Shown: in pieces, positions 21,929 through 30,880 of the stretch
How positions within the stretch are numbered: the stretch's first letter is position 1
How the letters are laid out: every line of letters begins with the position of its first letter
DNA from: Methyloceanibacter sp.
GTDB taxonomy: Bacteria > Pseudomonadota > Alphaproteobacteria > Rhizobiales > Methyloligellaceae
Assembly: GCA_029287395.1 (NCBI GenBank)
Contig: JARFRF010000138.1
Coordinates: 20,752-84,751 of the forward strand
Direction of reading: 5' to 3'
Length of the DNA stretch: 64,000 nt
Notes under the pieces: model-generated
Seen by the model: only the letters and a program-made list of their open reading frames with translations
Databases searched by the model: none
What the model was told of the DNA's origin: nothing
Position numbers and translations under genes: made by a program

Positions 21929-22243
21929 TCAAAACTCATAGGCCCGGGAGTTCGCTGTCCGGCAAACCGAGTTCGCCTTGAACTCCGCGTTCTCAAAATC
22001 GATCTCGTTCAAGTCGATCTTGCGAATGTCGCGCACATAGAGGCTGACATAACCCTTTTGCGCATTCAGATGAAAGACGAAGCGATCTTGGCCGCCATAG
22101 CCCAGCATCTTGTAGTCTACGCTCTCTTCGAGGTCGGGGCCCTGTCGAAGAATGAGCGCGCGGAGCTGCATGAGCGTGTGCTTGCGCCAATCATCCGGCA
22201 GATTCGAAAGAGATTGCTGCCGTGTGCCTGCGTCGTGAAGCAT
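21929..22243 (-). pseudogene. DUF1801-like protein, probably degenerate at the C-terminus
   Basis: DDWRK..L..LR.LI....P.LEE...YKMLGY....FHLNAQK.YVSLYV resembles DUF1801/YdhG; the expected C-terminal GKGCIRF segment is not seen. Confidence 0.5.
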
Positions 22244-22358
22244 GGTTCACCTCTATGGCCAGGCGGCATTGAGAAGGGAGCTCAGCGCGACACCGCGATT
22301 CTGACACAAGTCCGTCAAGGACTGCCGTAAGAATGGTGCGAGAGAGGGAGCGATTTCC

Positions 22359-23084
22359 ATGATTACGCTGTACACATTTGGCGCAGCCTTCGGCTTGCCG
22401 GATATGAGTCCGTTCGTCACGAAGGCAGAGATGCTGCTTAAGCTCGCAGGTCTCAACTATCGAACGGACACGAACGGCTTTAACAACGCGCCCAAGGGCA
22501 AGCTCCCTTACATCGATGACGATGGCGAGATCATCGCCGATTCCACGTTTATACGACAACATATCGAACGGAAATACGGAGTCGACTTCGATAAGGGGTT
22601 GGATGCGAGAGAGCGCGCGACAGCTTGGGCCTTCGAGCGAATGTTCGAAGACCACATCTATTGGACGTTTCTGTATGCGCGTTGGGTGGATGAGGACAAC
22701 TACAACCGCGGCCCTCGTGTTTATTTCGAGAGACTGCCAATGCCCATGCGCCTGATCGTGCCGCGCATGGTGCGCCGCCAGCTCACGGCGCAAATCAAAG
22801 GCCATGGTATGGGCCGGCATTCTGGCTCGGAGATCGTCGCGCTGGGGACGCACTCACTGAATGCAGCGGCGGATTTCCTGGGGCACAAGACGTATATGAT
22901 GCGCTATGAGCCAAGCGGCCTTGATGCCACGGCATTCGCTTTTCTGGCTGGCGCGCTATGCCCCACTTTTGAGACGCCGCTTCGGACGGCCGTCGCGCGT
23001 CACAAGAACATCAAGGAATACGTTGGCCGCATGGCCAAACGCTTCTATTCGGACTTCACCGAAATCTGTAAGTGGGTGGCCTAG
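22359..23084 (+). CDS. Glutathione S-transferase family protein (metaxin/FAX-like)
   Basis: FGLPD.SPF..K.E..L, APKGKLPYI.D, IADS..I, G.GRHS..EI. Confidence 0.88.
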   Translation: MITLYTFGAAFGLPDMSPFVTKAEMLLKLAGLNYRTDTNGFNNAPKGKLPYIDDDGEIIADSTFIRQHIERKYGVDFDKGLDARERATAWAFERMFEDHIYWTFLYARWVDEDNYNRGPRVYFERLPMPMRLIVPRMVRRQLTAQIKGHGMGRHSGSEIVALGTHSLNAAADFLGHKTYMMRYEPSGLDATAFAFLAGALCPTFETPLRTAVARHKNIKEYVGRMAKRFYSDFTEICKWVA

Positions 23085-23267
23085 CTTCGGGCGCGTCTAG
23101 CAATGTGCGTAGCATCCGCTACCGCATGAAGCCGTGTCTGCGCTGGGTTTGCGAGCATCGGGGCAAGTTTACCCTCCGCGCGCTTCCTCCAGTTTGCGAA
23201 ACTTTTCTTGCCCTTGGGGTGTGATTTGCCCCACTCCTGCTGCCGGTTTTGAAGGGGATCGAATTCG

Positions 23268-24497
23268 ATGTCACCCAAAACAATAAGCGCGCCGCTGCCT
23301 GCTTCGAATGGGCCGGCGCAGAAAATGGCCGTGACTGTGCTTGCGGCGATCAGCATGTGCCACATGCTGAACGACATCATCCAATCCTTGATCCTCGCGA
23401 TCTATCCGATGTTGAAGACGTCACTGGCACTCGACTTCGCGCAGATCGGCTTCATTACGTTCGTTTTTCAGGCTACGGCGTCCGTGCTCCAGCCCTTCGT
23501 AGGCTACATAACGGACCGGTACCCCACGCCCTACTCGCTCGTCGCTGGTATGGGCTCATCCCTCGCCGGGCTGCTGCTGATCGCGTATGCGACGACCTAC
23601 TCTTCCGTACTCATCGCCGCCGCACTTATCGGCATGGGGTCGTCGGTGTTCCACCCCGAGTCTTCGCGGGTCGCGAGGCTCGCCTCGGGTGGCAAGCACG
23701 GCACGGCGCAAGCAGTGTTCCAAGTCGGAGGTAATTTTGGCACGGCGCTCGGACCGTTGCTGGCGGCCTTTATTGTTCTTCCCTATGGACAAGGTTCCAT
23801 TGCGTGGTTCTCGCTCGTAGCCCTTCTGGGCATGGTAATTCTGGCCGGCGTCGGCGGGTGGTATGGAAAAGCGCTGAAACTGCAGCCGGTTGCTCATCCA
23901 GAGGAGCGCGAAGCGATCGCCGCACTCGGCCGGCGCAAAGTCGCCAAGGCGATCCTGATCTTGGTGACCCTCACCTTCTCGAAGCACTTCTATCTGGCGT
24001 CAATTGCAAGCTTCTACATCTTCTATCTGATGCATACCTTCGACCTCAGCGTGCAGTCGGCACAGCTCTACCTATTTCTGTTCTTGGGAGCGGTTGCGGC
24101 GGGGACGGTCATTGGTGGCCCCATCGGCGACCGGATCGGACGGCGTCGGGTCATCTGGTGGTCTATTCTAGGCGTTCTGCCCTTCACCCTGGCATTGCCT
24201 CATGTGGGATTGTTCGCAACCGCCGTATTGAGTGTGATAATCGGCGTGATACTCGCCTCGGCCCATCCTGCGATCATCGTTTACGCGCAAAGCCTCTTGC
24301 CGGGCCGCGTGGGCATGGTCGCCGGGCTATTTTTTGGTCTGGCTTTTGGTATCGCTGGCATCGGCGCGGCGCTTCTTGGGCGCTTGGCGGACATGACGAG
24401 CATCACTTTCGTCTACAACGTGTGCGCGTTTCTTCCCGCAATCGGTTTGCTCGCGGCGTTCTTGCCAGAGATGTCCGGGCCAGATTCCGAAGCCTGA
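23268..24497 (+). CDS. MFS transporter, fosmidomycin-resistance (Fsr)-like
   Basis: HMLND..QS, FQ.TAS.LQP, GSSVFHPESSRVAR, FQVGGN.G, GGPIGDRIGR, GLFFGLAFG. Confidence 0.9.
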   Translation: MSPKTISAPLPASNGPAQKMAVTVLAAISMCHMLNDIIQSLILAIYPMLKTSLALDFAQIGFITFVFQATASVLQPFVGYITDRYPTPYSLVAGMGSSLAGLLLIAYATTYSSVLIAAALIGMGSSVFHPESSRVARLASGGKHGTAQAVFQVGGNFGTALGPLLAAFIVLPYGQGSIAWFSLVALLGMVILAGVGGWYGKALKLQPVAHPEEREAIAALGRRKVAKAILILVTLTFSKHFYLASIASFYIFYLMHTFDLSVQSAQLYLFLFLGAVAAGTVIGGPIGDRIGRRRVIWWSILGVLPFTLALPHVGLFATAVLSVIIGVILASAHPAIIVYAQSLLPGRVGMVAGLFFGLAFGIAGIGAALLGRLADMTSITFVYNVCAFLPAIGLLAAFLPEMSGPDSEA

Positions 24498-24893
24498 AAA
24501 GAAAAGCTGCCTCGAACGGTCGACTCGTCCCCAACTTGACAAGTTATTGACACTGTCAGGCGTCATGACCCAGGGCGCACGAGCAACCGACGTCTTGGTT
24601 TTGTCGTGAAGAGTTGCTCTCACATGGCCAAATTAACGTTGATAAAACGTTACGTTGTTGTTCGGCGCCGCCGGCGTGCGGAAGTTCGAGACTCTGCAGG
24701 TGGTTAGGGCTACAATTATTGACGCAGGTACCGATGCGGAGGCTGAGTTCGGTGCCGCAGTTCAGTGTTTTGCGTAGCGTTCAGAGTTCTGTGCAGCTCG
24801 GCGGGCGGTGTTTCACACCGTCACGGTCGGCCTGACGAAACTCCTTGCTCGCAGTTCGGTTGTAACAACATACAGTAATTTTCCAGGGAGTAG

Positions 24894-25787
24894 TTGATGC
24901 GTGATATTCGCGGGGACCTTCAAGACCGCGCCGGCTTCCTTGAGGAGCAAATCGGTGCGGCACAGGCGCAATTCGAGAAAAGAATGGAACTCTTCACGCG
25001 GGAGCACGAGTCGAAGATCGCCGATCTTCAGGCGGAGCTCGAAGCCGTGAACATGCTCATGGAGCGCGAATACCGCCGTATCATGAGCGCGCCGGATCTC
25101 GAAGAAGAGCGTCGGCAAGCGCAGTCCTTGCCGGAGCCGGAGACAGTGGCCGTCGCACTCGAAGACTTTGATGAGCCAGATTATGAGGATGATCAGCCGC
25201 AGCGGGTGGCCGAAGACGAGGGCTATCGTGCACCTCTCCCCGCCGATCCGGAGCCAGCTCCGGAAGCCACGTCGGCGGCCGACGAACGGCCCGCGCGCCG
25301 ACACTCAGAGCCCCCTTATGCGGCCCGCTCTGTAGCTCGCGAGGAGGTAGATCATCCACAGCAGGCCACGTCCGAAGTCCGCGCTCGCCGGCCGATACCC
25401 ACAGAGCGCTCGGAAGCGGAGCGTCGCCCAGTCCAGACCTCACAGTACCGCCCCGACACGCGGGCGCGGGAGGCGCGTCAGGATCTGCCGCAGCGTAATG
25501 AGCAGCCACAGCGCTACGCGCCCGAGAGCGGCCCTTCTGTGTCTCAAAAGCAGCCGCTCGCGGACTTCCTGATTCGGAAGCTCGGTGAAGCCGGCACTAT
25601 GACTCTGGATGACATGTGCGGTGTCGCTGTACGGGAAGGCTATTTCGCGGAAGGCGAAAATCCCGATCGCACCGTGCAAATGACGCTCGCGAATGTCGTC
25701 AAAGCGGGCTTCATCCGGCAAATGCCGAATGGCACCTTTGCGCCGGCATCGGTCATGGACACGATCAGGTTACGCCGCGCAATCTAA
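24894..25787 (+). CDS. Hypothetical protein: N-terminal coiled coil, acidic/Pro-rich disordered linker, C-terminal putative winged-helix domain
   Basis: 297-aa ORF with SD GGGAG upstream; composition and helix pattern judged by eye. Confidence 0.75.
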   Translation: MMRDIRGDLQDRAGFLEEQIGAAQAQFEKRMELFTREHESKIADLQAELEAVNMLMEREYRRIMSAPDLEEERRQAQSLPEPETVAVALEDFDEPDYEDDQPQRVAEDEGYRAPLPADPEPAPEATSAADERPARRHSEPPYAARSVAREEVDHPQQATSEVRARRPIPTERSEAERRPVQTSQYRPDTRAREARQDLPQRNEQPQRYAPESGPSVSQKQPLADFLIRKLGEAGTMTLDDMCGVAVREGYFAEGENPDRTVQMTLANVVKAGFIRQMPNGTFAPASVMDTIRLRRAI

Positions 25788-25794
25788 CGTGGCT

Positions 25795-26589
25795 TCACTC
25801 AGTGGGCCGTCCGCGCAATAGCTGGACGACTTCGTAACGGATTTTGTCTTCCGTGTAGCGCGCGAGCGCTTTGCGATCGGCGAAGTCGTCAAGCGGTACG
25901 GGCGGTCCAATTCTTATATTAGCTTCGAGGGGCCCCAGCCCAAGTAGCCGCCAAGCATGCCCTGCCATCTCCATGTCGCCATACCAGGCGACTTTTGGCC
26001 TGCCACGCCGCCCGAGGGGCAAGCCGTGCACCTTCGTGTAGGCGAGCGCCAACGTTTGAACGGCTACATCCGCTCGTGCCGTGTCGTCCCCCGAGGGTTT
26101 CACCGCAGCGAATAGCGCGGAACGGAAGGGTAGAACACCGTTTCCATCGCTAGACGTGCCTTCGGCAAAGAAAACGACGTGGTCGCCTGATTCAAGCCGG
26201 TCGAGGATTTCGTTCGCCTTCGTGCTTGTCTGTGAGCGCCGCTCGCGATCCACAAAGACCGAGCGCTGCAGCTTTGCCAGCCATTTCACGAATGGCCATG
26301 TCGACACTTCTTTCTTTGCCACGAACGAGACCGGCGCCACAGCGGACAGGACAGTGATGTCGAGCCAAGAAACGTGGTTGGAAACCACGAGAACGCCGTT
26401 CCGTTGCGCAATATCTCCGTCCACATTGATGCGCACGCCAATGATCCGGCAGACCTGGCGGTGATACCAATGCGGAAAAGTACGAGCAAAGCGCGACCCT
26501 GATCGCACCAAAACGTGCTGCAGGGGCATTAAGGGAAGGGTGAAGGCGAAGAATGTCGCCAGCACGAGGAAAGCGCGCACGTTATGCAT
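25795..26589 (-). CDS. olsA: Lysophospholipid/lyso-ornithine lipid O-acyltransferase (OlsA/PlsC family)
   Basis: NHVSWLDI, FVAK.EV..WP, FAEGTSSDG, AWYGDM; located after tsaB-rimI-fur. Confidence 0.7.
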   Translation of the reverse strand: MHNVRAFLVLATFFAFTLPLMPLQHVLVRSGSRFARTFPHWYHRQVCRIIGVRINVDGDIAQRNGVLVVSNHVSWLDITVLSAVAPVSFVAKKEVSTWPFVKWLAKLQRSVFVDRERRSQTSTKANEILDRLESGDHVVFFAEGTSSDGNGVLPFRSALFAAVKPSGDDTARADVAVQTLALAYTKVHGLPLGRRGRPKVAWYGDMEMAGHAWRLLGLGPLEANIRIGPPVPLDDFADRKALARYTEDKIRYEVVQLLRGRPTE

Positions 26590-26722
26590 CAGTCGAGGCC
26601 AAACTCGGCAGCCAGGAGCAAAGGGGAAAGGCTCGAAACATCAATAGCAGGCGCGGTCCTCATGACGTGTGACAAACCCCACTTAAGTCTGGTTGTTTAC
26701 TGCGCGCTGCGAGCGCGGCTGT

Positions 26723-27172
26723 CTATTTCTCGTCCGCCTCGCCGCGACGTTTCAGCGGCATCCCAAAGAGCTCAAGCCGATGACCGATCAGGCGAAAGCC
26801 TAGCTCGGACGCCACGCGTTCTTGCAGGCGCTCGATATCCTCATTGGTGAACTCGATGACGGTGCCCGTCGTCACATCTATCAGGTGGTCATGGTGTTGG
26901 TGACCGATCGGCTCATACCGTGCTCTGCCATCCCCAAAGTCGTGACGCTCGACAATACCCTCGTCCTCCAGCAGCCGAACGGTTCGATAGACGGTGGAAA
27001 GCGAGATGCGCGGATCGCGCTCCGCCGCGCGCTGAAACACCTCCTCCACGTCGGGGTGATCGTCCGCCTCTGACAGAATTCGCGCAATGATGCGCCGTTG
27101 ACCGGTCATCCGGATCCCTCGGTCTGCGCAAAGGCGCTCCAGTCTACTCTCACGCCTAGTCTGTTTGGGCAT
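26723..27172 (-). CDS. fur: Fur-family transcriptional regulator (Fur/Mur)
   Basis: RMTGQRR, DHPDVEE, STVYRT, HHDHLID, HRLELFG. Confidence 0.9.
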   Translation of the reverse strand: MPKQTRRESRLERLCADRGIRMTGQRRIIARILSEADDHPDVEEVFQRAAERDPRISLSTVYRTVRLLEDEGIVERHDFGDGRARYEPIGHQHHDHLIDVTTGTVIEFTNEDIERLQERVASELGFRLIGHRLELFGMPLKRRGEADEK

Positions 27173-27253
27173 GGCGTTCGTTGGACGCGACTACGTTGGC
27201 GCTCAGTCGACCGTTGGTGCTGCCTCTGCCCGTTTTTCTTACGTGGTCGCTCA

Positions 27254-27766
27254 TCATCGAGTTGAGGCTTCCAAAGGAAAAGACTGAAGATCGATGCTGA
27301 GAATAGCGGCATTTTTGCCGCTTTCGTAGTAGCCTGGTCGGTTCCCGACGGTCCTTGCTCCGAGCCTTTTGTAAAGCGCGAGAGCTGGGTGATTGGTCTC
27401 GTCCACCTCCAGGTAGAGCGTCCCTGCGCCGCCGGCCTTCAAGTCCAACATCGCCTGCCGAAGTAGGGAGCCGCCGAAACCGGTTTTCCTGTAGTCGGCC
27501 AGAACCCCGATTGTGAGTAGCTCCGCTTCGTCAGCCGCCTTCCGCGCGATGACAAAACCGATAGGCTCCGCGCTGTTGGGCCCTATCGTTGCCAATAGGG
27601 TGACTGTCGAAGGACTAACGATGAACTGTATCATCGCGCTGTCGCTCCACGCTTCCCCCTCGGCGTTGTCGAAGCAAGCCTTATGCAAGGCTGCTAGAAG
27701 CGAAGCATCGAAGCTTGTCGCCTGTCGAATTCGGCTCTTGGTCTGAGGAGCCTCATCGCCAGTCAT
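27254..27766 (-). CDS. rimI: RimI-like GNAT acetyltransferase
   Basis: ADEAELLTIGV, LYLEVDE.N..A.ALY, R.GYY; coupled to tsaB. Confidence 0.8.
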   Translation of the reverse strand: MTGDEAPQTKSRIRQATSFDASLLAALHKACFDNAEGEAWSDSAMIQFIVSPSTVTLLATIGPNSAEPIGFVIARKAADEAELLTIGVLADYRKTGFGGSLLRQAMLDLKAGGAGTLYLEVDETNHPALALYKRLGARTVGNRPGYYESGKNAAILSIDLQSFPLEASTR

Positions 27767-28455
27767 GGCTGATGGTCCACGGCGGCCTTTTGCGGCTTTG
27801 CATCCGGAGGTCTCAAGTAGAGTGGCCGCAGGATCGGGAGCCGTTCGGTGCTTTCGGCTGCAAGTACGGAGAGCGCCATCGCACCTGGTTGCAGGTCAAA
27901 CATGGTGGCTGTCAACATGCGGTCGCGCCCGCCCGCCGCCTCAATGAGGAACCTGGCGCCGCTGCCGATAGCGAGCATCAGGTCTGAAGGCAGGTCGGCT
28001 GCGGCTTCGCCGGGCGAGCACAAGCGGGGGCCTTCCAGACGAGATCCATCCGCGCTAAACAGGCCGAAATAGACCATGCCGCGCCGTGCATCGACAGCGA
28101 TCGCAAATGGGCCGTCCGGCGATAGCCCTTCGACCAGAGCACGCCGCGCCATCACGGTGAGGCTGTCGGTGCCAAAGAGCGTGGCGTCGCAGGTCAGCGC
28201 GAGCCCACGCGCCGCTGCGATTGCGACACGCACGCCGGTGAAACTCCCTGGTCCTTGCGTGGCTGCAATCGTGCTCAAATCATGCGGTTGCACCCTTGCC
28301 TCGGCAAGGACCTCCTCGACCATAGGCATCAGGGCTTCCGCGTGGCCGCGCGTCATCTCGGCTTCGCGCAGGACCTGTTTCCGCGCGGACGGCAGGACTT
28401 GCAGCACGGCAGCCGAGCAGACGCCCATGCTCGTATCGAGCGCAAGAATGTTCAT
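27763..28455 (-). CDS. tsaB: tRNA threonylcarbamoyladenosine biosynthesis protein TsaB
   Basis: ILALDTS, GHAE.L.P, GPGSFTG.RV, DARRG, PLYLRPPDAKP. Confidence 0.95.
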   Translation of the reverse strand: MNILALDTSMGVCSAAVLQVLPSARKQVLREAEMTRGHAEALMPMVEEVLAEARVQPHDLSTIAATQGPGSFTGVRVAIAAARGLALTCDATLFGTDSLTVMARRALVEGLSPDGPFAIAVDARRGMVYFGLFSADGSRLEGPRLCSPGEAAADLPSDLMLAIGSGARFLIEAAGGRDRMLTATMFDLQPGAMALSVLAAESTERLPILRPLYLRPPDAKPQKAAVDHQP

Positions 28456-28464
28456 AGAGTGGTC

Positions 28465-29055
28465 TTAGAGGATCTGCGCGACTTGGTCGAAGTCGAATCG
28501 CGGCGACCGAGGGAACAGGGCCGAGCTGTCGCCATAGCCAATATTGCAGAGAAAATTCGATTGAACGTTTGTGCTAGCGAAGAAAGTAGCGTCGACGCCC
28601 GCCGGATCGAAGCCGGACATCGGCCCGCAGTCCAAGCCAAGCGAACGCGCGGCCATAATGAGATAGCCGCCCTGCAGTGTGCCGTTGCGAAATGCCGTTT
28701 GAGCGATTTTTTCCGGTTTGCCGGTGAACCAGCTCTTCGCGTCCGTATGCGGGAACAGCGTCGGCAGGTGCTCGTGGAAATCGAGGTCGTTGCCAAGGAT
28801 GACGCAGACCGGAGCCTGCATCGTCTTTTCTTTGTTGCCGTCGGATAGAAACGGCTTCAGCCGCTCCTTCGCTTCGCGGGACTTGACGAATACGAATCGC
28901 GCAGGGCTGCAGTTCGCGCTCGTGGGTCCCAGCAAGACGAGAGAGACGAGTTCATGCAGGACGTGATCAGGAACGTCGCGGTCTTGCCATGCGTTCTGAG
29001 TCCGCGCGTCGTGGAAAAGCTGAGCGAGGGAGTCGTCTGAAAGCCTGTCCGTCAA
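28465..29055 (-). CDS. rutE: Malonic semialdehyde reductase RutE-like nitroreductase
   Basis: [49 protein letters not shown]; TTG start overlapping the nfuA TGA. Confidence 0.85.
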   Translation of the reverse strand: MTDRLSDDSLAQLFHDARTQNAWQDRDVPDHVLHELVSLVLLGPTSANCSPARFVFVKSREAKERLKPFLSDGNKEKTMQAPVCVILGNDLDFHEHLPTLFPHTDAKSWFTGKPEKIAQTAFRNGTLQGGYLIMAARSLGLDCGPMSGFDPAGVDATFFASTNVQSNFLCNIGYGDSSALFPRSPRFDFDQVAQIL

Positions 29056-29612
29056 ATCGGGCGAACTTCCTGCACTTCGGGAATGAAGTGCCTCAACAGG
29101 TTCTCGATGCCATGACGCAGAGTCGCTGTGGAGCTTGGACAACCAGAACAAGCGCCGCGCATGTGCAAATAGACTACCCCTTCGCGATAGCCCTGAAACG
29201 TGATGTCTCCACCATCCTGCGCGACGGCGGGCCGGACCCGCGTATCAAGCAGTTCCTTGATCGTACTAACGGTGTCCTCATCTTCGGGCTCGAAAAACTC
29301 CTCTTCGCCAGCTGGGACTTCCGCCGACTCGCCCATTGTGGCTTCACCGGAGAGGTAGTGCTCCATGATCGCCCCGAGAATGGCGGGCTTGAGGTGAGGC
29401 CATTCGCCATCGCTCTTAGTCACGCTGATGAAATCAGACCCGAGAAAGACGCTTGAGACCCCGTCGATTTCGAAGATTCGGGAAGCAAGAGGAGAGGTCT
29501 CACCCTCTTCGCCGTCGCGAAATTCCACGGCACCCTGGTCGCCGAGGACGTTTCGCCCTGGCAGGAACTTCAAGGTCGCCGGATTTGGCGTTGCCTCGGT
29601 CTGGATGAACAT
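29052..29612 (-). CDS. nfuA: NifU/NfuA-family Fe-S cluster carrier
   Basis: [39 protein letters not shown]. Confidence 0.92.
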   Translation of the reverse strand: MFIQTEATPNPATLKFLPGRNVLGDQGAVEFRDGEEGETSPLASRIFEIDGVSSVFLGSDFISVTKSDGEWPHLKPAILGAIMEHYLSGEATMGESAEVPAGEEEFFEPEDEDTVSTIKELLDTRVRPAVAQDGGDITFQGYREGVVYLHMRGACSGCPSSTATLRHGIENLLRHFIPEVQEVRPI

Positions 29613-29647
29613 GGCGGGCCCTTCTTCGAAATGAGTCCGATTGCTTG

Positions 29648-29664
29648 ATTAGAACTATTCCATA
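29648..29664. promoter_or_regulatory. ICE-like (Irr) iron control element upstream of nfuA
   Basis: ATTAGAACTATTCCATA matches TTTRGAAYNRTTCYAAA at 15/17 positions. Confidence 0.55.
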
Positions 29665-29736
29665 TTTGATGGCCTGCCGGCGCAAAGTCAAGGCAGTGCC
29701 CACAGGGAAAGTCATTGCCGCCGCGCCGCTCATTCG

Positions 29737-30285
29737 TCAGGCTAGAGCCAGGATTTCCTCGGTTGAAAGGTGCCCAGGAACAACCGTGATTGGTGAGGGA
29801 AAGACTCCCGCAAGGCGCCCGCCCGCGAGGCTTGAAACTAAGGGCCCCGGCCCGCTCGGATCCTTGGATGCACCTAGAACGAGGACGCCGATGTCGGGGT
29901 CCTCTTCGATGAGATTGGTGATTTCCTCGGATTTGTTGCCTTCGCGAACGATTTCTTCAGGCGCCAGGTCCTCAAAGCCTAACGCCTTGAGTTTACGCCC
30001 GAAAAGTCGAAATACGGCCTTGGCTTTATTGAGCCCTTCCTCTCGCGCGATTTCTTCGACGCCCAGCCAGTGCATGGCGCCATCCTCGGGCTCAATCACA
30101 TAAAGCAGGGCGAGCTGACCCTTCGTCCGGGCGGCACGGCTAGCAGCAAAGGCCAGCGCACTCTCACATTCCGGTGTCTCATCGACCACGACCAGAAACT
30201 TGCGCTTGTGCCCCTTCAAATAAATCTGGCGTTTCTGCCGACGCCGTTCGGGTTTGGGCGTTTTCTCTTCTGCTTTGTCGCTCAT
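29737..30285 (-). CDS. Universal stress protein
   Basis: KFLVVVD.TPEC..AL.FA, LVLGA...GPGPLVS, P.TVVPG; start at MSDK. Confidence 0.9.
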   Translation of the reverse strand: MSDKAEEKTPKPERRRQKRQIYLKGHKRKFLVVVDETPECESALAFAASRAARTKGQLALLYVIEPEDGAMHWLGVEEIAREEGLNKAKAVFRLFGRKLKALGFEDLAPEEIVREGNKSEEITNLIEEDPDIGVLVLGASKDPSGPGPLVSSLAGGRLAGVFPSPITVVPGHLSTEEILALA

Positions 30286-30388
30286 TGTCGCACCCCGCCC
30301 GTTCGTATTCCCGACAGGCATGCTGCCACCTCCGGATGGGCGCAACAAGACGGTTCTGCAACGGCCACGCAGCGCCCCAGCGACGTAT

Positions 30389-30784
30389 TCATGCGATGTC
30401 GATCGCGTGGCTTTTGAGATCCTCGATGGTCACAAGTTCGAGCGTTGCCTCGTGGGTCGCACGGAGTATGACACGAGGCGCGGTCCCGGCTTCGAAAGCT
30501 TCTAGCCAGCGTGCCGCGCATAGACACCAACGGTCACCGGCCTGAAGGCCAGGAAAGCCGAACTTGGGCATCGGGGTTGTCAGGTCGTTCCCGCGCGCCT
30601 TGGAGAATGTCAGGAATGCATCCGTTACTTCGACGCAGACGGTGTGCAAGCCTGCGTCTTCCGGGCCCGTGTGACAGCAGCCGGTTCGGTAGAATCCTGT
30701 CAGCGGGCGGTCCGAGCACGGCTTGAGCGGTTCGCCGAAAACGTTTCTCTGCCCTTCGAATGGATTTGAGCGCCGCTGCAACAT
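30389..30784 (-). CDS. DUF2237 family protein
   Basis: NVFGEPL.PCS..PLTGFYRTGCC, H.VC, GNDL.TP, GDRWCLCA.RW; start at MLQRR. Confidence 0.9.
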   Translation of the reverse strand: MLQRRSNPFEGQRNVFGEPLKPCSDRPLTGFYRTGCCHTGPEDAGLHTVCVEVTDAFLTFSKARGNDLTTPMPKFGFPGLQAGDRWCLCAARWLEAFEAGTAPRVILRATHEATLELVTIEDLKSHAIDIA

Positions 30785-30841
30785 GGCGCGAGTGTGCCCT
30801 AAAGCTGCCGCATGCGTAAAGTGAGGCCGACGCCGGGCGTT

Positions 30842-30880
30842 ACCGCTATCGAATCGGGTTGCGTTCGGGGACCTGCATCG
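30842..30880. repeat. Left arm of a 39-bp inverted repeat (overlaps the mepA 3' end)
   Basis: ACCGCTATCGAATCGGGTTGCGTTCGGGGACCTGCATCG; reverse complement matches 33653-33691 at 38/39. Confidence 0.95.

Noticed and set aside
24747-24789. LexA box (GTTC-N7-GTTC)
   Set aside because: GTTC spacings are 9, 15 and 3 nt, not 7.
24831-24842. Hammerhead ribozyme core (CTGACGAAAC)
   Set aside because: No stem II between CUGANGA and GAAA.
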